Notes: generated from the letters alone by a model not told the origin. A stretch of DNA of 64,000 nt, filler included, from Reclinomonas americana ATCC 50394 (GCA_048213135.1; 13 parts of 13 records of this genome joined end to end with filler, not necessarily neighbours in it), one strand, 5' to 3'. Shown: positions 1 through 15,400, counted from the whole stretch's first letter. Numbers and translations are program-made.

Positions 1-3000
1 TATCTCTCTCTCACGAACTTGCAGTTGCTGAATGACACCGACACATAGGTGCCAATGTACACGGCACCACCGCTGCCGAATGTCGACTTGCTCGACGTAA
101 AGGTGGAGCTGGTAAAAGCTGCCGCCACAGAGGCCGCACTGGTCGAGGTGATATGGACCTGCAACAAGCAGTGAGTAACTCAACAGCGAAGCTGCCGTGG
201 ACACCCACTCACCGCGCCGCCACTCTGCGTGGCCGTGTTGCTCGAGAATGTGGAGCCAGAGATAGTTGCGACGGCAATCTCAGCATACACAGCGCCACCG
301 CTGCCGGCGGCCGTGTTTGTTGAAAACGTGCAGTTGGTGATGGTGAAAATACTCGCCGACGCGCTAATTGCTCCGCCGGAAGCCGACGAGCTGTTGCTCG
401 TCATGGTGGCGTTGCTGAAACTGGCAACTGACGACGTCAGAGTGACTGGTGGAAGAGTTCGTGAAATCAGTTAGTGCTTGAAAATATATCGAGAGCTAAC
501 ACACACATCAAGGATCACGCACATGCGCCGCCACCGGAGGACGCAGTGTTGGATGAATACGTTCCACCAGTGACAGTCAAACTTGTGACACCCGACGCAG
601 CCACGCTTCCAGAATTTGTCGAAGCGTTTCGCGTGACAGTGCATGAGATGAGCTACAAAAAAGAGCGCATTCAGTAGACGACATAAGCACGCGAGATAAG
701 AGACAGCAAAGCTCTAATATGCAAACCGAATTCGTGCCTCCGACAAAGGTCACGGCTTGCGACGCGTGATCTGCAATGGTGACTGACGTGAACGTAACCG
801 TGCGGTTGTAAGCACTCGAGAACACAGCGGAGCCGCCAGATGTGGCGCTGGTGAGGTGTTAACTAATGAGCAGCACGGCGCTAGGCAGACATGCAGGGAA
901 TACAGAATGCGCATGACGCAACCTATTCCTGCTGAACGTGGAATTCTTCACCGCCAGCTCCGCGTCGACAGCAAAGACTGCAGTGGAACAGTCAATAGCC
1001 GTAGTCAGCAGGACAGCAGAAATGAAGGATGAACGAAACTGCCGCCCGCAATGGAAGACTGATTGCTGGTGAATGTCGACGTGTTGATGGTGACAGTGGT
1101 GGCAGTGACGTACACGGCACTGCAAAACAACGTCGGCATCGCGATATTGAGAAGCATTGCAACATAGCGCACAACGTACCCTCCGACACGATTTGCGACA
1201 TTGCTCGAAAACGTGCAGTCCGTGATCTGTGCCAGAAGGCAATAAGTGTCTGAAGCAGGACGACACGGCACTCGGGAGAGCAACACACCGAGTGTGCGGT
1301 ACCGGAGACAACAAAGACAGCAGCGCCGTTGCCAGCAGTGTTGCCGGTGAACTTGGTCGTCGACACGGTGAGAAGCGTGCCGCCGCCCAGTGCCGCAATA
1401 GCGCCACCCAAGCCCGATGAGCTGGCCTTGTTGTTGGCAAATTCACTGCAGGTGGCGCCAACCCGTGAGTCAGCAGTGGAATCAGATGCATGGCCACCAA
1501 AAATCGCACAACGCACCAGTTGTCCGACACGTTGAGAATGGCGTCATCCACAAGGACTGCTCCGCCCTGTGCAATGAGACAAGCGTGAATCAGTCAGTGT
1601 CACTGGCATTCAACCAAAGCCGATTGACGTGCGCACATCGGCAGTACTGGTGTTGAGCTTGAAGGTCGACTGGGATATATTGGACGCAGTCTCCACAGCT
1701 GCATTAGATCTCCACTCATCAGTGAAGCAAGACACGCAACCTACTGCACTCAGCGTACGAACCCCGTAGTGACAGGCCTCCAACACGACCCGTATTGTTG
1801 GTCATGGTCACCGACACGAGACTGGTCGGCGTACCTGTCGTTGTGTCGACAACGAACACAATCAGTGTGAGTAAACAGTGCGCAGGAGTTGACAAAAACG
1901 AACAACAAAGACGCAACTGAGGACAGTGATGGCGCCGCCCGTTTGCGCTCCATTCTGATCGAATAAACTGGAGGCAATGTTGAGTGTGTACGGCGACGTC
2001 ATGGTCGGTACATAAGACGAGCCACTCGAGTAAATGGCACTGGCAGATGCGCCCTGAGAAGAGACAAAAAGGCTGTACATCAGCAGAGAATCTCAACGTG
2101 TGCAACAATCGCCACGTCGCCAAACCGTATTCCTGCTGAACGTGCACGACGTGAGCGTACTGTAGCTCGGATTCGAAAGCGTCAACGCCGTATCAGGCGC
2201 ATTCGTGAATGAAACAGTGGTCATTGACAGCGACGAGTATGACAGAGACACGCGCGGAGTGTCTGCAAACAATTGAGCGTCGGTAAACTGCACATCAAGC
2301 AGCGTGCCTGTCGAAAGAGACACACCTCCGCTACTGCCGACCGTGCCTCCGGTGAACGAGACGCCTGTCATCGTCACCACGGCTGCTGTGTCGAGACTTC
2401 CGCTCATGGCGAACACCACACCACCACCCGAGAAGACGCTCGTTGCGTTTCCGGTGTTGGTGACCGTCAGCTTGCCGCCACCAGAACCCTGCACAAAAAG
2501 AGCGCGTTGGAGCACTGTTGAATGATGAAGCTATGTCATGAGGCGACACGTACCGAGAAGAAAGACTGTGTTTGCGCGCTCAGCGACACAGTACATCCTG
2601 TCATGGACACGGTGCTGGCACCGGTGCTGCTTATCATCGGAATGGTGCTAATGAACAAGGAAATTGTTTGCCCGTTGGCGTTTGTGACCGAATCAAAAGT
2701 GGAACTGGTAAAGGACAGGGTGGAAGCGTCGGCGGAGAAAATAGCGGCATCCTCGGACGACAGCGTCTGAATGAAATCCATCACGAATTTCGAGTTGGTG
2801 ACAGTGACCGTCGCTTGCGACAGAGCCTGTGTGGAGAGGACATTGCACCATGAGCGGCGCGCTGAGAATGCTCAAGAACGCATTCAACAATCTACGCACC
2901 GAAACAAGATTACCGCGACCGTAATACGTCACGTTGTCGAACTTGACCTTGCCAGTAACGCGACCAAAGTTGGCCTGCACAAGTGTGTGAGGCTAATTAG

Positions 3001-3480
3001 CCACGTTCCATTGTTGTGGATAGGCATGCGACAATGGCTGGCGCACCTGGAAAAGTGGCTCACGAAGAATCGTGCCAGGACACGAAATGATCGCATTTGA
3101 CAACGAAAAAGTTCCTTGCACGAGGAAGATGGGGGACGTGGTGGTCGAATGATCAATCTGCGTCGGGTCGGTGGAGACGACACAGCTCAGTGTCATCGGG
3201 CGGGTGGCGTCGGCGGACTTGATGGTCACACCAGGGTCGCCAGAAACAAGTTGCTGTCAACGCAGACGAGCTCGATTCAGTAGGCAGTGAGCACGAGACA
3301 GCAACCGACACCAACGACGCACCTGTGTCAGTGGCAAATTGAGTGACAGACCAGCCTCCACGGTGATGCGACGGCAGCCGTTCTTGTTTCGTGCACTGGT
3401 GATGGCATCCTGAAGTGTGGAGAAGTCGGTACTTACTAGCGGGGTGGCTAGCACTTGGTAATCTGTGCCCGATTTGCTCG
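1..3480 (-). other. Pmp-like right-handed beta-helix region of the giant gene
   Basis: Cap motif STLQDAI followed by repeated FxxNxA...GGA(I/V): FSTNTAAGSGGAV, FSSNTATQSGGA, FANNKASSSGLGGAI, FTGNTAGNGAAV, FDQNGAQTGGAI. Confidence 0.8.
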
Positions 3481-6400
3481 TCAGTACACACAGATGCACA
3501 GCATCAGCCAAATGTCAGTCCTCACCGCAGTCGCTGTGAAGACAAAATGGTTTGCCATGTCAGCCACCATTGCCTGGGAACAAAGACAACGCTCCTCACA
3601 CTAACCAATATTGCGGACATGAGACCCTCGCTGCCGGAAGTTGCGTCATGTCTGCCCACGTGACACCGTCCTTGCTGTACTCCAGGATATTCGGAGCGTC
3701 GCCGTCGTCGGTGAACCCGTACAATTCGAACCTATTCTCACACAGCCCCCCCACAACACAAATGAGCTACCAAGCACAGAAAAGACGTCGCCAGTATTGA
3801 CGCACAAGTTGTCGACATCCTTGCCCACGGCGACGGTGCACGGGCCAAAATTGCGCACAGTGGGATCAGTGGCCATGTCAAACGTCACGCCGGCAGTGAT
3901 CTTGCAAGAGGCGGCAGTGAGTGGGATAGGGTTGGGGTTCGCAGCATCCTGGTTGATGGCAGCCTGTGTAAAAAGAAACCCAAACGCAATCGTGAGACGG
4001 CAGGAACAGTCGCGAGAACTAGAATGTACGAGCGCAGACAGACCAGGGTGTTTGCCGAATTCATCGTCAAACCACCGCGGATGAAAATGGTATCGACATC
4101 CGGCCGGAAGTACACGGCAATGTAGTGTGCGAGGAATTTGAGGGTCGTAATCGAGGATGTTTCGCACACGCGACGAGCGTACTGGCCACGCATATCCGGC
4201 AGTGATGACGCCGTGCACACCGTGCTGCTCAACTGCCCGCGAGATTTCGATCTGTCAATGCCAGGGTGCGAAGACTTAAGCGATCGATGGAGTGCATCAC
4301 ACCTGACCAAATACTTGAGCGGCGACCGAGAAGGTGGTCGGCTTCGACGTGGTGATCGAGTACGAGGACACTTGCCAGTACACATCTGCCGGCGATTGTG
4401 TGAGTGTTGGAAGGGGATACCAACGACAGCAACAAGATGCATGTACTCACTGGCGGTCGCCTTGTTGGGTGACGAGCCCGCATCCACATATGCATCAGAC
4501 GTCGACACTTTGTCCTCAATCGACATCAAGCCGGGTGTTTGGTAGTCAAAATACGTCAAGTAGAAGCTGAGGCGTAGAGGGTCAGCAGAAGGAAGAGAAG
4601 GAAGAGAGGCAACTGTCAAGAGTTCTCATGCGATACGCACGTGTACATGGAACCTGGAGCCAGTGCCGCCGACACGCTCAGTACCGAGTACGGCGAGTTC
4701 CAGTCGAGGCTCCAGTCGTACGCGGTGAGAATGTTGGCTTGCACTTCGTTGAACAAGTACTGCAAACAGAGAACACAAGTAAGTGAGATCGCATCGAAAA
4801 AGCAGGTGCACAGCAACAAAACCGCTCACCGCTGCCGCGCGACTCCTGCACATGGTTGACAGAAAAAAACACGCAAAGTTTTTTTTGTGGTGAGATGCGG
4901 ATGGCGACGAATGAGAGAAGAAGTCTATCACACACACACACACCATTCCGCGCCAATGCGAATCTGGTACGTCGTAGTTGCCGTATTTTGTCGCGTGTCA
5001 AAGTCGATGCCGACGCGATACACGGCGTTGTCGCTGCTGGTGCAGCCAAAAGTGCGCACGTTGAACATTCGGAAGCTGGCCACATTTTGTTTGGAACAGT
5101 ACACTGAAGTGGCCTGCACATGAAACCGATTGTTTAGAAGAAGGGCCACCACAACAAACTGATCAACGCATCGAACATCGCACACCGTCTCGAAGAGATT
5201 CTCAATGTCGGTCCACGACGTCGATGCAGTGATAGGCGATCCCGTCGTGGTAGAGAATGGTCGGGTACCGGCATCGAATGTTGTGCCTGTTACGCAAAGA
5301 CAACGCTTCAATTGAGCGCACGCGGACTGTCGGAATTCTTGCACTATAACACGCACCGTAGACCACATTGAAGGTCACCGGAGTGGCGTTGCCGAGCAAG
5401 TCCACCAGCGACACCGTCTGATCGGTCACCGACGAGTCACCGGACATGGCGTATTGAGCACAGAGCGCAAACGTGCCGGGTGTTTGACCTGCAATTCCGT
5501 CAACAATTAGCATGACACACGACTGTTAAAACACACAGATCGACAATCGAACCTGCCACGGTCACAGCAAGGACGAGCTGTGTGGAGCTGACAAACCACG
5601 CGCTTACAGATGCCGTAGACAGTTTCGTGCCCGCACAATTCGTGTCTGCGCTTATGTACATGGCGGTGGTAAGCGCACTGCTGAGACCCTCGCCAGTGAT
5701 GGTGACCAGTTGGCGCGGTCGGTTGTACAAAGAAGTCGAGGGTGCGATGCTTGTGAACCGGGCTACACGGTCACATACAGAATGCGCCATTTAGGAAAGA
5801 GAAGCCACAAGCACACGATGCCACACCACCACGCGCGCACCATACGACAGCAGATTGCCGACCGAAACCCGACTGCCCAACACGTCCATGCACAAACGGT
5901 ACTGCGACGTGCCGTCGATCGGGCGTGTGACTGGCATCGTGGCAGATACTCGAGTGGTCGTCACAAATTTGTACAAGATGTCGACGGTGGTTCCAGCTGG
6001 TGCCGTGCATGTGTCCGTCGAACTGACCACGAACATTTTCTGCATCCATGGCCGTCAGCAATAGACACTCAGGCAGAGATGGTCCAACAAGGTGGAAAAG
6101 TACTTACCGTGACTGATGTTTTGGTGATGGAGCAAAAGTTGACCGCCAGCGTTGTCACCTTTGTGTCGTCGGCCGTAATGTTGTCGTACAGAGCCGTGGC
6201 AGACACGCTCACAGGCAGTGCGTCTGCGCGGCATCGCGAGTCAGAAAATGGAAAGGAAAAAAACAGCGGCGAGCGAGCTATTGCATAGAACGCACTTGCA
6301 GGCAACACAACCATAAGATTCGACTGTCGTGAGGCGGAGACAGAGGAAATGAGAACCGCGGCACAGAAGAGGAAGAAAGCACATGGGATGCATACAACGC

Positions 6401-9400
6401 ACCGCGACGGTGGACACCGCATAGAACGAGTTTGACAGAAGCGACCGCGAGGACAAGCCCACAAGTTGCTTGTTGATGGAGAGCACGGTACCAGTGCTGC
6501 CATCGGGCTGCAGCTGCCGCAGCAGTGTGTTCTACCAGCACACATCGTCAGCGACACAGCAGGTCCGCGCGATCGTCTAAGAGGCCACACAAACGTACCA
6601 CCGACGACGCCGTGTCGATGAAGAGGGCATCCACGCCATTTCCGGCTATCATGTTGCCGATGGTGGTGGAGGACAGAGAAGCCAACAGGAATTGGTAGGC
6701 TGTGCATAACATCAAGGCAACTGTGATAACATGGAGCACTCTCATCGACGAAAATCAGTAGCAACGCAACAGTCATTGAGGTCAACCAGAGCGACTCGCC
6801 CAGTGCTCTGCAACGACGCGAACGATCAGCAGACCGCAAGGAAAAAATTCGAAACAGAGAGAAAGAGTGGAAGGTGCACACCCCGCCGCCAATGAGCAGT
6901 CGCTTGGAGGGCGTGTTGCCGTCGTCGACGAGCGTCATTCCGCTCATGCTACACACATTAACACACACGCGCGACACCAAATTCAGTGAGGATATGATCA
7001 TACTTACAGAGAGGCAGGCACAGACACACCTTGTCGGCAGTCCACTTGTGAGAAGCGGCCCTTCAACATATGCCGCCATGGTCGCCGTTCCCACTACCGT
7101 CGTCGCCGTACCTGTAGCGACCCATCGAATGAGTGCAACTGCATGTGTGAAGGAGGAAGGCACGAGAGAACAACACGCACATGGCAGATACACGTCGCAG
7201 GTGCTGGTCAGCGCCAGCGTGCTAACGGTGCGCAGCGACTCGTCTGCACATCATTGTGAGGTAAAGCACTTTTCTCTCTTGCATCCTCTGTGCACAACAA
7301 CACTTGCCTGCGACATACAACTTGGAGTTGACCGAGTCAAAATACAGGGCAGTTGGCTTGACGAATGCTGCCGAGATGGTGCTCACAAGACCTGCGGTGC
7401 ATTCCAGTTGGTGCGTGGTAGAGAAGTAGGCGAATGAGCAGGGAGCGCTGCACGCAACGTCCTTGCAACGACACGCGACGGATGGAGCCACTGCCAACGT
7501 CCGCCACGTACAGGATCATGTTCGTTCTATCCGCCTGCACGACAGGAAGAAGAGAGTCAGACACGGGACGACTCCCTCGCCATGCACCAAGAAGAATGCC
7601 TTCACCTGCATGGCGGTCGGCTGTGAAAACTGCGCCGACTCAAACGGCGCGTCTCGTGTTCCTGCCGTGCCGTAGGTGCCAGCGACGCTGGTCATTGTGC
7701 CTTGTGGATCGATGCGCCACAGGACGTGTGACTGGTGCACACATGTCAACTCACTACTCATCGACTAGCACTGAGCAACAAGACAACTCACCGTCGAATC
7801 CGTGACAAACACGTCACCGCCGACGCTGGCGACTTCGGCAACCGCAGATGCGCGCGATGCAAGACCGGGCGCGTTCACGGGTACGCTGCATGCGGTCGGC
7901 GACACTGCGCGCGCAAGAGAGGAACATCAGCGGGCCGACAGATGCTGAAGGTTCTTTTTACACAAATCAAACTCACCGACAGTGACCGTGCCGAGCAGCA
8001 AGTACGACCAGCCCGAATTCCACGACACACACAAATACCACGTGCCGGCGGTGGCAGTCGACGCATCTACTTTGATGAACTTGCGAGAGTCACCAGACGG
8101 CGAGCTCAACATGGCACTTGGCAGGGTTCCAGTCGTCGATGACGCGCCGTTGCAGTTGCTACTCGTCATGATAATGGCAGTCGCCGAGCTCGATAGGTCC
8201 GGAAGCGCTGTGCCCTTGAGCACAAGCACCTGATCCGCGGCCGCAAATATGGTCGATGGCGTGGGAGTGCCCGTCACCGACACTGAGAAAAACGAAACGA
8301 GTGAGAGACATCGACAGGAGCTGCGTCATGCATTCGCACATGTACGAACCAACGCGCAAGACACCGGCTGCAGAAGCTTGTCCACTTTTGGTGGCGCACA
8401 CGTGATACACGCCAGCCGCAACTGTTACTCCCACGGAGATATTCACGGTGCAGAGTGACGTGCTACTGCAGCTGCTTGACGGAACGCTTGTGTCGTTGAC
8501 CTGCGTCGTGCAGTCGGCAGTGGTGGCCAGCATCCACGTCGAACTGTCAATGTTGCAACCCTTGACAGTGACGGCGACCTGCGACGACAGCCCAGCCACA
8601 ACAACGGGATTCGACACGAAAATCGGGGCCACTGCAACGATTGAAACAAGTGAGACTTTCACACATCGCCGTGTGACTATCCAATCACACAAGACGCACC
8701 GCGATAGCCGAGGAAGGTAATGCTCGACTGCATTCACATCGACGTACATCAGTGAGCCGTGTCACACATAGGAAGGTAAGTACGAGAGTGAGCGACTCAC
8801 CGCCTGCGAGAAGAGCGCATTGTAGCCTTTCAACGACACGCCGGTAATGTTGTTCTGCGAGTATCGCGGCGATGCCACTGCAGGGAGGGTCAGAGGTCAG
8901 CGAGGACAAGGAGACTCATGCACAGAAAAAGGTGCTACACACCACCGCCACTGGTAAACTCATATAATCCTTGAGTAGAAAACAGCGCAAGACCGACAGA
9001 GGAGGACCCGACAGGAGTCAAGGCTGTTGCTGAGGTGGACGCGATCACGACCGGTACTGCATTTGGGCAAGCAGAATGGTTGGCGCTCACACCTCTCAAA
9101 GTCAACAACACCGCGTAAATCACACAAACCAGCGACCGCGGGTCCAGTAATGATAGTTTGCGTGGACGTGGACACGTACAGGGTAGTGGGGCCACCCAGG
9201 TCTACAGCAATAGCCTTCGGTGATGTGATGCCAGTGAGGTATGTGGTGACAGCGCCGGTGCCTGCCACACGGACAGGAAAAATGACGACTCAAGTCAGCC
9301 AAGCAACTGGTCACTCGACAGAAGCGAAGGGCGAACCAGTGAGTGCGACTTGTCGAATCGAATTGTTGTCCGTATCCGCTACGTACAGCGATGTGCCGGA

Positions 9401-12400
9401 CACATCGAGTCCAGAGGGGGAATTGAACTGTGCACATACATTCACCTTGCTGAGCGGGTGACTGGAGATGACACTCGACGAGGATTTCACTCACCGTGGC
9501 ACTCGTTCTCACAGCACTGTTAGTCGAACCAGCGACACCCGCCGTTCCAGCATAAGTTGTCACGAAGCCTGCATGAAGGGAGACAACAATTAGATTCATC
9601 ATCCGCCGCCACCAATGTGCGAACCGGGCACCGCAGTCAGGCATACATACCATCAGTCGAAATCCGTCGAATCACATGGAAGCTCTGCATCACGACGTCG
9701 TGCAGTCAGTACACGATTCTCATAGCAGAGAGAGATGAGCGTGCACGCGTACCGGCTCAGCCACAAACACGTTCTCTGAATAATACGCAATGCCGCCGGT
9801 GGTGGCAGTCCAGCCGACTGAGGAGGCCAAACCGGAGAGCGACGATGCACTTGTAGCGCGGGCTCCATTACCAGCAAGAGATGTTACGTTGCCGGCGGGA
9901 TCCACGCGACGAACGTACGACGCCTGCACACATTCAACCGTGAGAAACAACGATACGAGCACAATCGTCCCTGTCACCGCACTGACCGATTGATCAACCA
10001 CGAATATGTTCGACACACTCGGCGTATACAACACGGCAGAGATGCCCGAAAACGAGTTACCGGTAAAGGTTGGAGCACACACAGCCGTATCTGCGCGAGT
10101 TGCAACATGCATTCACATTTGCGATGTCAAGCCGATCATGCACACACACTCACCAGCAACAATGGTGACGGTCACCGTGAGAACGAGAGCAGCATAAGTG
10201 CCGTGAGTAGCCTTGATACTCAGGGAGGTCGTGCCGGATGGGAGCGCACTGCCGACGACTACAGTCGAGCCAGTGACCTTGTATCCAGTCTGGAAACAGT
10301 GCGAAAGCAAGTGAGGACGTGTTGACACACAGGAGTACGGCATGCACACAGGAGCACACCGTTACAGTGATGAGCGAGTACGAGTACACATTGGCGACCG
10401 CAGCGGTGTTGCTGGGCGGTAACAGTGTCGATAGTGATCCGACCAGTGTGTCTTCACTGGAGCCCAGAGACACCACGTTGGGCGACAGGCTCACGGTAGT
10501 GGGTCCGAAGAACACTGGAAGGTAGATGAGCGAACATCAGAATTTCTGCGCGCCATCGTTTCAACTGCTTACCATTGATGGTAAATGACACTGGTGTGGC
10601 GATCGATGAAGTACCGTCGCTCACAGAGACCGAGACGACAAACTTCAGGTTGGCAGTGGAGGCGAGAGAGAGCGGAATCGTCGTCGTCGGTTTCCACTCC
10701 AGGTAGGCGTACGAGCACGGGCTGGCCAATGATGTGAGCTGCAGATAGGTCGTGTCGCCTGAGGTGAACGTGAACGTGTGACAGTCCTTGGGATTCCCTG
10801 GAGATGAGCAAACGGAGTAAGGCAGGGCGATCCGGTCGACACGAGACACGCGTGTCGCAACTGTCGATGGAGCGAAGCGTGCCAATCGGTCGCGACGCAG
10901 TGTACGGCGTGCTAACGGTGATCCCGTCAGTAGCCGATGTCGCCGAGGCGACAAACAGGTTGAGGGTCTCGGCCGCGCACGCAGTCCCGGAACAACAGGT
11001 TCCAACGGCGCCGGAACACGCCAAGATGTCCGTCGGAGCATAGTTTGCTGCACACAAACGATGGTGTCAACGCACAAGCACAAGGCGACAGCAGAACCGT
11101 GGCATACTGCGGGACGAAACTCTCATTGACGGTGCACGTTGTGCTAAAATTCAGCGTTGCCGAACCAGAATCGGTCGCGGTGACGCTGAGTACGTATGAC
11201 CCTGACAAGGCCAGGGTGCCTTTCTTGAACGAGAGGCCAGTGACACGGAATGCGTCGACAAGTGGCGTCGCGTCGCCAACTGCCGTGACAGAGTTGAGTG
11301 TCAGCGTGTTGCTCGCACCACTGCCATCCGGATCTGCGCAGCAAAACACAAAAATCCACATGAACAATGCAACGCGTGTGCACCATCACCATTCAAACTC
11401 GCCCAACCGTACCGGTAATGGAAAACGAGCCAAGTACAGCGTCAGCAGTCGCCGACGGGTCGTACGACGTCGGGCACGTAATGGCTGATGGCGCGCGATT
11501 CACCGCCACAGTGAGTGCCTGCGAGAACGTCAAGCTGCCGGTACCACTATCTGTGGTCTGTAGCCGAATCCGAATCGAGGTGCTGGAGAACGAATTTGCC
11601 AGAATTGTGGTTGCATTGTCGACCATCAGCGAGCTGTTGCTGATGGTGAACAAGCCGTTATCGTTGTCGCCGGTTCCCGACACCTTGGCATACTGGAATG
11701 TCTGTGCCGGCAGATTGGGATCCGTGGAGGACAGTGTGCCAATGGTGGTACCAGCCGGCACACCAGCAGTCGGGATCAGAAGCACGTTACTGGCAGCATA
11801 GGCGCCACTCAGTGTCACGCTTATCGCAGTCGGAGCACGATTCTCTGTGAGCGGGGACACGTGGTCAGCTGCAGTCGCTAGCCGAAGCAATAGATGCTCA
11901 CGCAACGCTCCGTGAGTGTCAGCGACACTGTTCGCGCCAACGTTGAGAATTGAGTATCGGTCGCCGTGAGGCTGACGACAATGGTGTTTTTCAGTTGCGC
12001 AGACGTGGCCGCCAGCAGCAGCTGGTTGCTGCTGTTGACAGTGAAGAGCGACTTCAGGTCAAAGTTGTCGATCTGTCGCACCACCGCGCTTAGCGACAAT
12101 GTATTCTGCCTGTATGCGGCGGCAGAATCACCATCTGCAGACAGAGATCAGCTAAGGCAGAGAGGCACACACAGAAAAAACGCGGTGACGTACCAACAAT
12201 GGCAAAGGTGCCTATGACTGCGCCCACAGTAGCCGTCGTGTCGTAGGTCGACGGTCCCGTGATATCGGTGGCTGGATTGTTGAGTGGAAACGTAATGGTC
12301 GTGGTGGTGAACAGATTCGTCGGAGTGCCATCGTCGGTGGCGCGGACGCGGATGGTCAGCGAGGTGACGCCACTCGAGTATGCGATGCCACCGACAGCGG

Positions 12401-15400
12401 GAAACAGCGTGGTGCCGACAATGCGGAACTTGGCATTGTCCAATGCACCACCCACACTGTCGAGGGTAAAGGTCAGCGTCTGACCGACGTTGGCGTCCGA
12501 TGCCGACAGCGTGCCGATACTGACTGCATCCGACCGCCCAGTACCCGTGATGGGCACCACAAGCGCCCCCGAAGTCGCATAATCAGTGCCCGCTGTCGCT
12601 TGCAACACAATCGAGGTTGGCGCCACATTGGCTGCACAGGACGGAATAGAGCGTCGATTCGAGTGAGCGACATGTGGCGGCGACAAACAAAAGCCAGAAG
12701 CTCTTGACTCAACTCTCCTTCAGCTCAAACGTCTCCTCATAGAACAGCGTACTGAGCTGTGAGTCTTCCGCGCGCACACGGACGGAGACCGTACCGGTTG
12801 GAATCGCGGAGCCCAGCTTTAACGTCAGTCCAGACAAGGTGAATGCATTGGTCAGTGCCACGCCATTTTGTGTCACCGACACCAACGAGAGCGTGTTGGT
12901 CTTGTACGGTGCCGCATCGGCATCTGTTACAGTAACGGGGCAGAAGGGGGCGTCAATACAAGAAGCAGCGAACTGGAGCACAACAGTACCACGCAAACAC
13001 ACCAACAATCGCAAAGTCGGTGGTGACCGAGTCATTTTCCGTGCCGTTTTGGTTGTAATTGGTGGGTCCGGTGATGTCGGTGGGGGCATTGTTCAGCGTC
13101 ACCGTGTATGACAGGTCTTGCGAAAGGCCGCCAGAGTCTGTCACACGGAACTTGAGCGACAGTGTGCCGTATGTCGGAGCCGCAACACCAGATGCCGACA
13201 CGCGGATCTTGTTGGTGGAGTACACCTCGAATAAGCTGTTACTCGTGCTGTTGTCCGTCGGCAGCGAGTATGTCAGCGTCTGCGCCGGCAGATTGGCGTC
13301 GTTGGCGCTTAACGTGCCAATGTCGGTACCCGCGACGAGACCACTGGTCGGGATCGGCAAAACAGTTGTCGTTCCGGTATAGGGACTTGAGAGAGTAAAG
13401 GCGAGGCTTGTCGGCGCCACATTGACTGCAAGAATGTGAGGCGTGAGGAATGATGAGAATCGGATGTACGCAATTTGTTGACAAAACTTTCCGAGAGCGT
13501 GAACGACTTGGTGACAAACAGAGTCGACACTACCGAGTCGGTGGCCTTCACGCTGACGGTGACGTTCCCGGAGGGTGTGCTTGTCCCGAGCGTCAGCACA
13601 AAGGTAGACGAATTCAGCGACAACACGTTGTTGCTGAGTGCGCTGCCGAGGCTGTCAGTTATCGAAACGATGCTCATCGTGTTGCTGTTGTACGTCGTGT
13701 CGGCATCTGGTGATGATGAAGTGGCAAAGTGAGACGGCCTGTTGACTGAGCATACAGGCGCGCACACAGACACAGAAAAAGCACGCACCAGTCACGGTGA
13801 ACGTTCCAATGGCGGTGCTTGTGCCGGTTCGATCGTACGTGCTATTCGAGAGCGTAATGTCGGTTGGGGCGTTATCAAACGCAATTGTGATGACCGAGTC
13901 GGTGGATGCTGGAGTGGAGCCAGAGTCGGTGGCGCGCACCAAGATGCTCAACGACGCTGATTGACGCAGTGGCAGCGCCGTGGCCAGCACGAGATTTGTG
14001 CCGGTGATGGTGAACTTGGAGTTGTCTGTGGATCCTACGCCACTCTGAAGGCTGAATGACACCGTCTGGCCCGTGTTGACGTCTGTCGAGGAAAGGGTGC
14101 CGACGGTGATGCTGGCTGCCAGTCCGCTTGCAGGCACTGCCAGCACCAGAGGATTCGAGGTGGAGTATGCGTACGTTGCTGAGAGGGTGAGGGCCGGTGC
14201 CGTTGGCGGCGTGTTGACTGCACACACCGCTCTGTCAGACCACCGAGAGGAGATGATGGATGGAAGAGCAGAGGTGGCACGCAACATTCAGACACCGTGA
14301 TACTTTCCTCGTACCAAATGCCCGGAAACGTTGCATCAGAGGCACGGATGGTGAGCACATATGTGCCCGAGGGCGATGACGTGCCGATGATGAGAGTTGA
14401 CCCATCTGATCCGGAAACATCAAAGAAGCCCGACTGCAGCACCGAGTTCTGACTCACACCAGACAGCGTGTACGAGTTCGTCGCGTACGTAGAAGAGTCC
14501 GTATCTAGTGACCGCAAAAACACATCGTAAATCCCAGAGCATTTATGCTCGTGTCGTTGACACACACACCTGTGCTCGATATTGTGGCCACTGTGCTCCC
14601 ATTTGTCGGCGGCACAACGTACGCTGTCGTGGACAGGTTGATCTTCGTGGCCGGACGGTTGAGAGTGATCTGTTTAAGGAATGCCGTGCTGGTCATCGCT
14701 GGTGAACTGTGTGCACGTGTCTCGCGAGTGAGCGCACTGCCCATCTACACACGCACGCACACGCACGCACGCACCCATTATCGGTGACCAAGATGCAAAT
14801 ATTGAGTGTGGACGTCGACGACACAGTACTCGGCGTGATGGTGGATGCTGTCGACACGAGTCCGGTGGAAGAATTGATGGAGAACAAGTTGTTGTTGGAG
14901 GTACCACTGCAGCCGGAGCCGAGTGAAAAAGTCTTCGTCTGCCCACTGTTCACATCGGTTGCCGCCGCTGTGCACACGCTGGTGGAGGCGGCGACACCAG
15001 TCTTGAAAATGTTGAACGCTCCCGTGAATGTCTCCGTGCAACCAGTAACCGTGGGAGCCTCGTTCTCCTCGGTGATGTTCAGAGCAAAGTCGGCCGTCAG
15101 CGATGTGAAATTCGTGTCCGTGGTGCGCAAGTTGATCGTGTAGGTGCCAGAACGCGTTCCCGTGCCAATGAACAGTTTGGAGCCGGAGATGGTGAACAGC
15201 GTGCTGCTGGCGGCACTTCCGTCCAACTTGGTAATGAAACTGACAGCGACGGCATTGGTGTTGTACGTTGCTCCCGTGTCATTGTCTGGCGATGCCGAGA
15301 AAGGTCAGTAACGACGCACAGCTCACCGACGCATGGCATCGCACTCACCGGTGACAGTAATATCGCCGACTTCGGTTCCCTGGGTGGCCGACACCTTGTA

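Noticed and set aside
6548..6745. ORF MRVLHVITVALMLCTAYQF... resembling a signal peptide and a new gene start
   Set aside because: The hydrophobic start lies in an intron; the upstream exon STGRVALVDLND splices in frame to SYQFLLAS.
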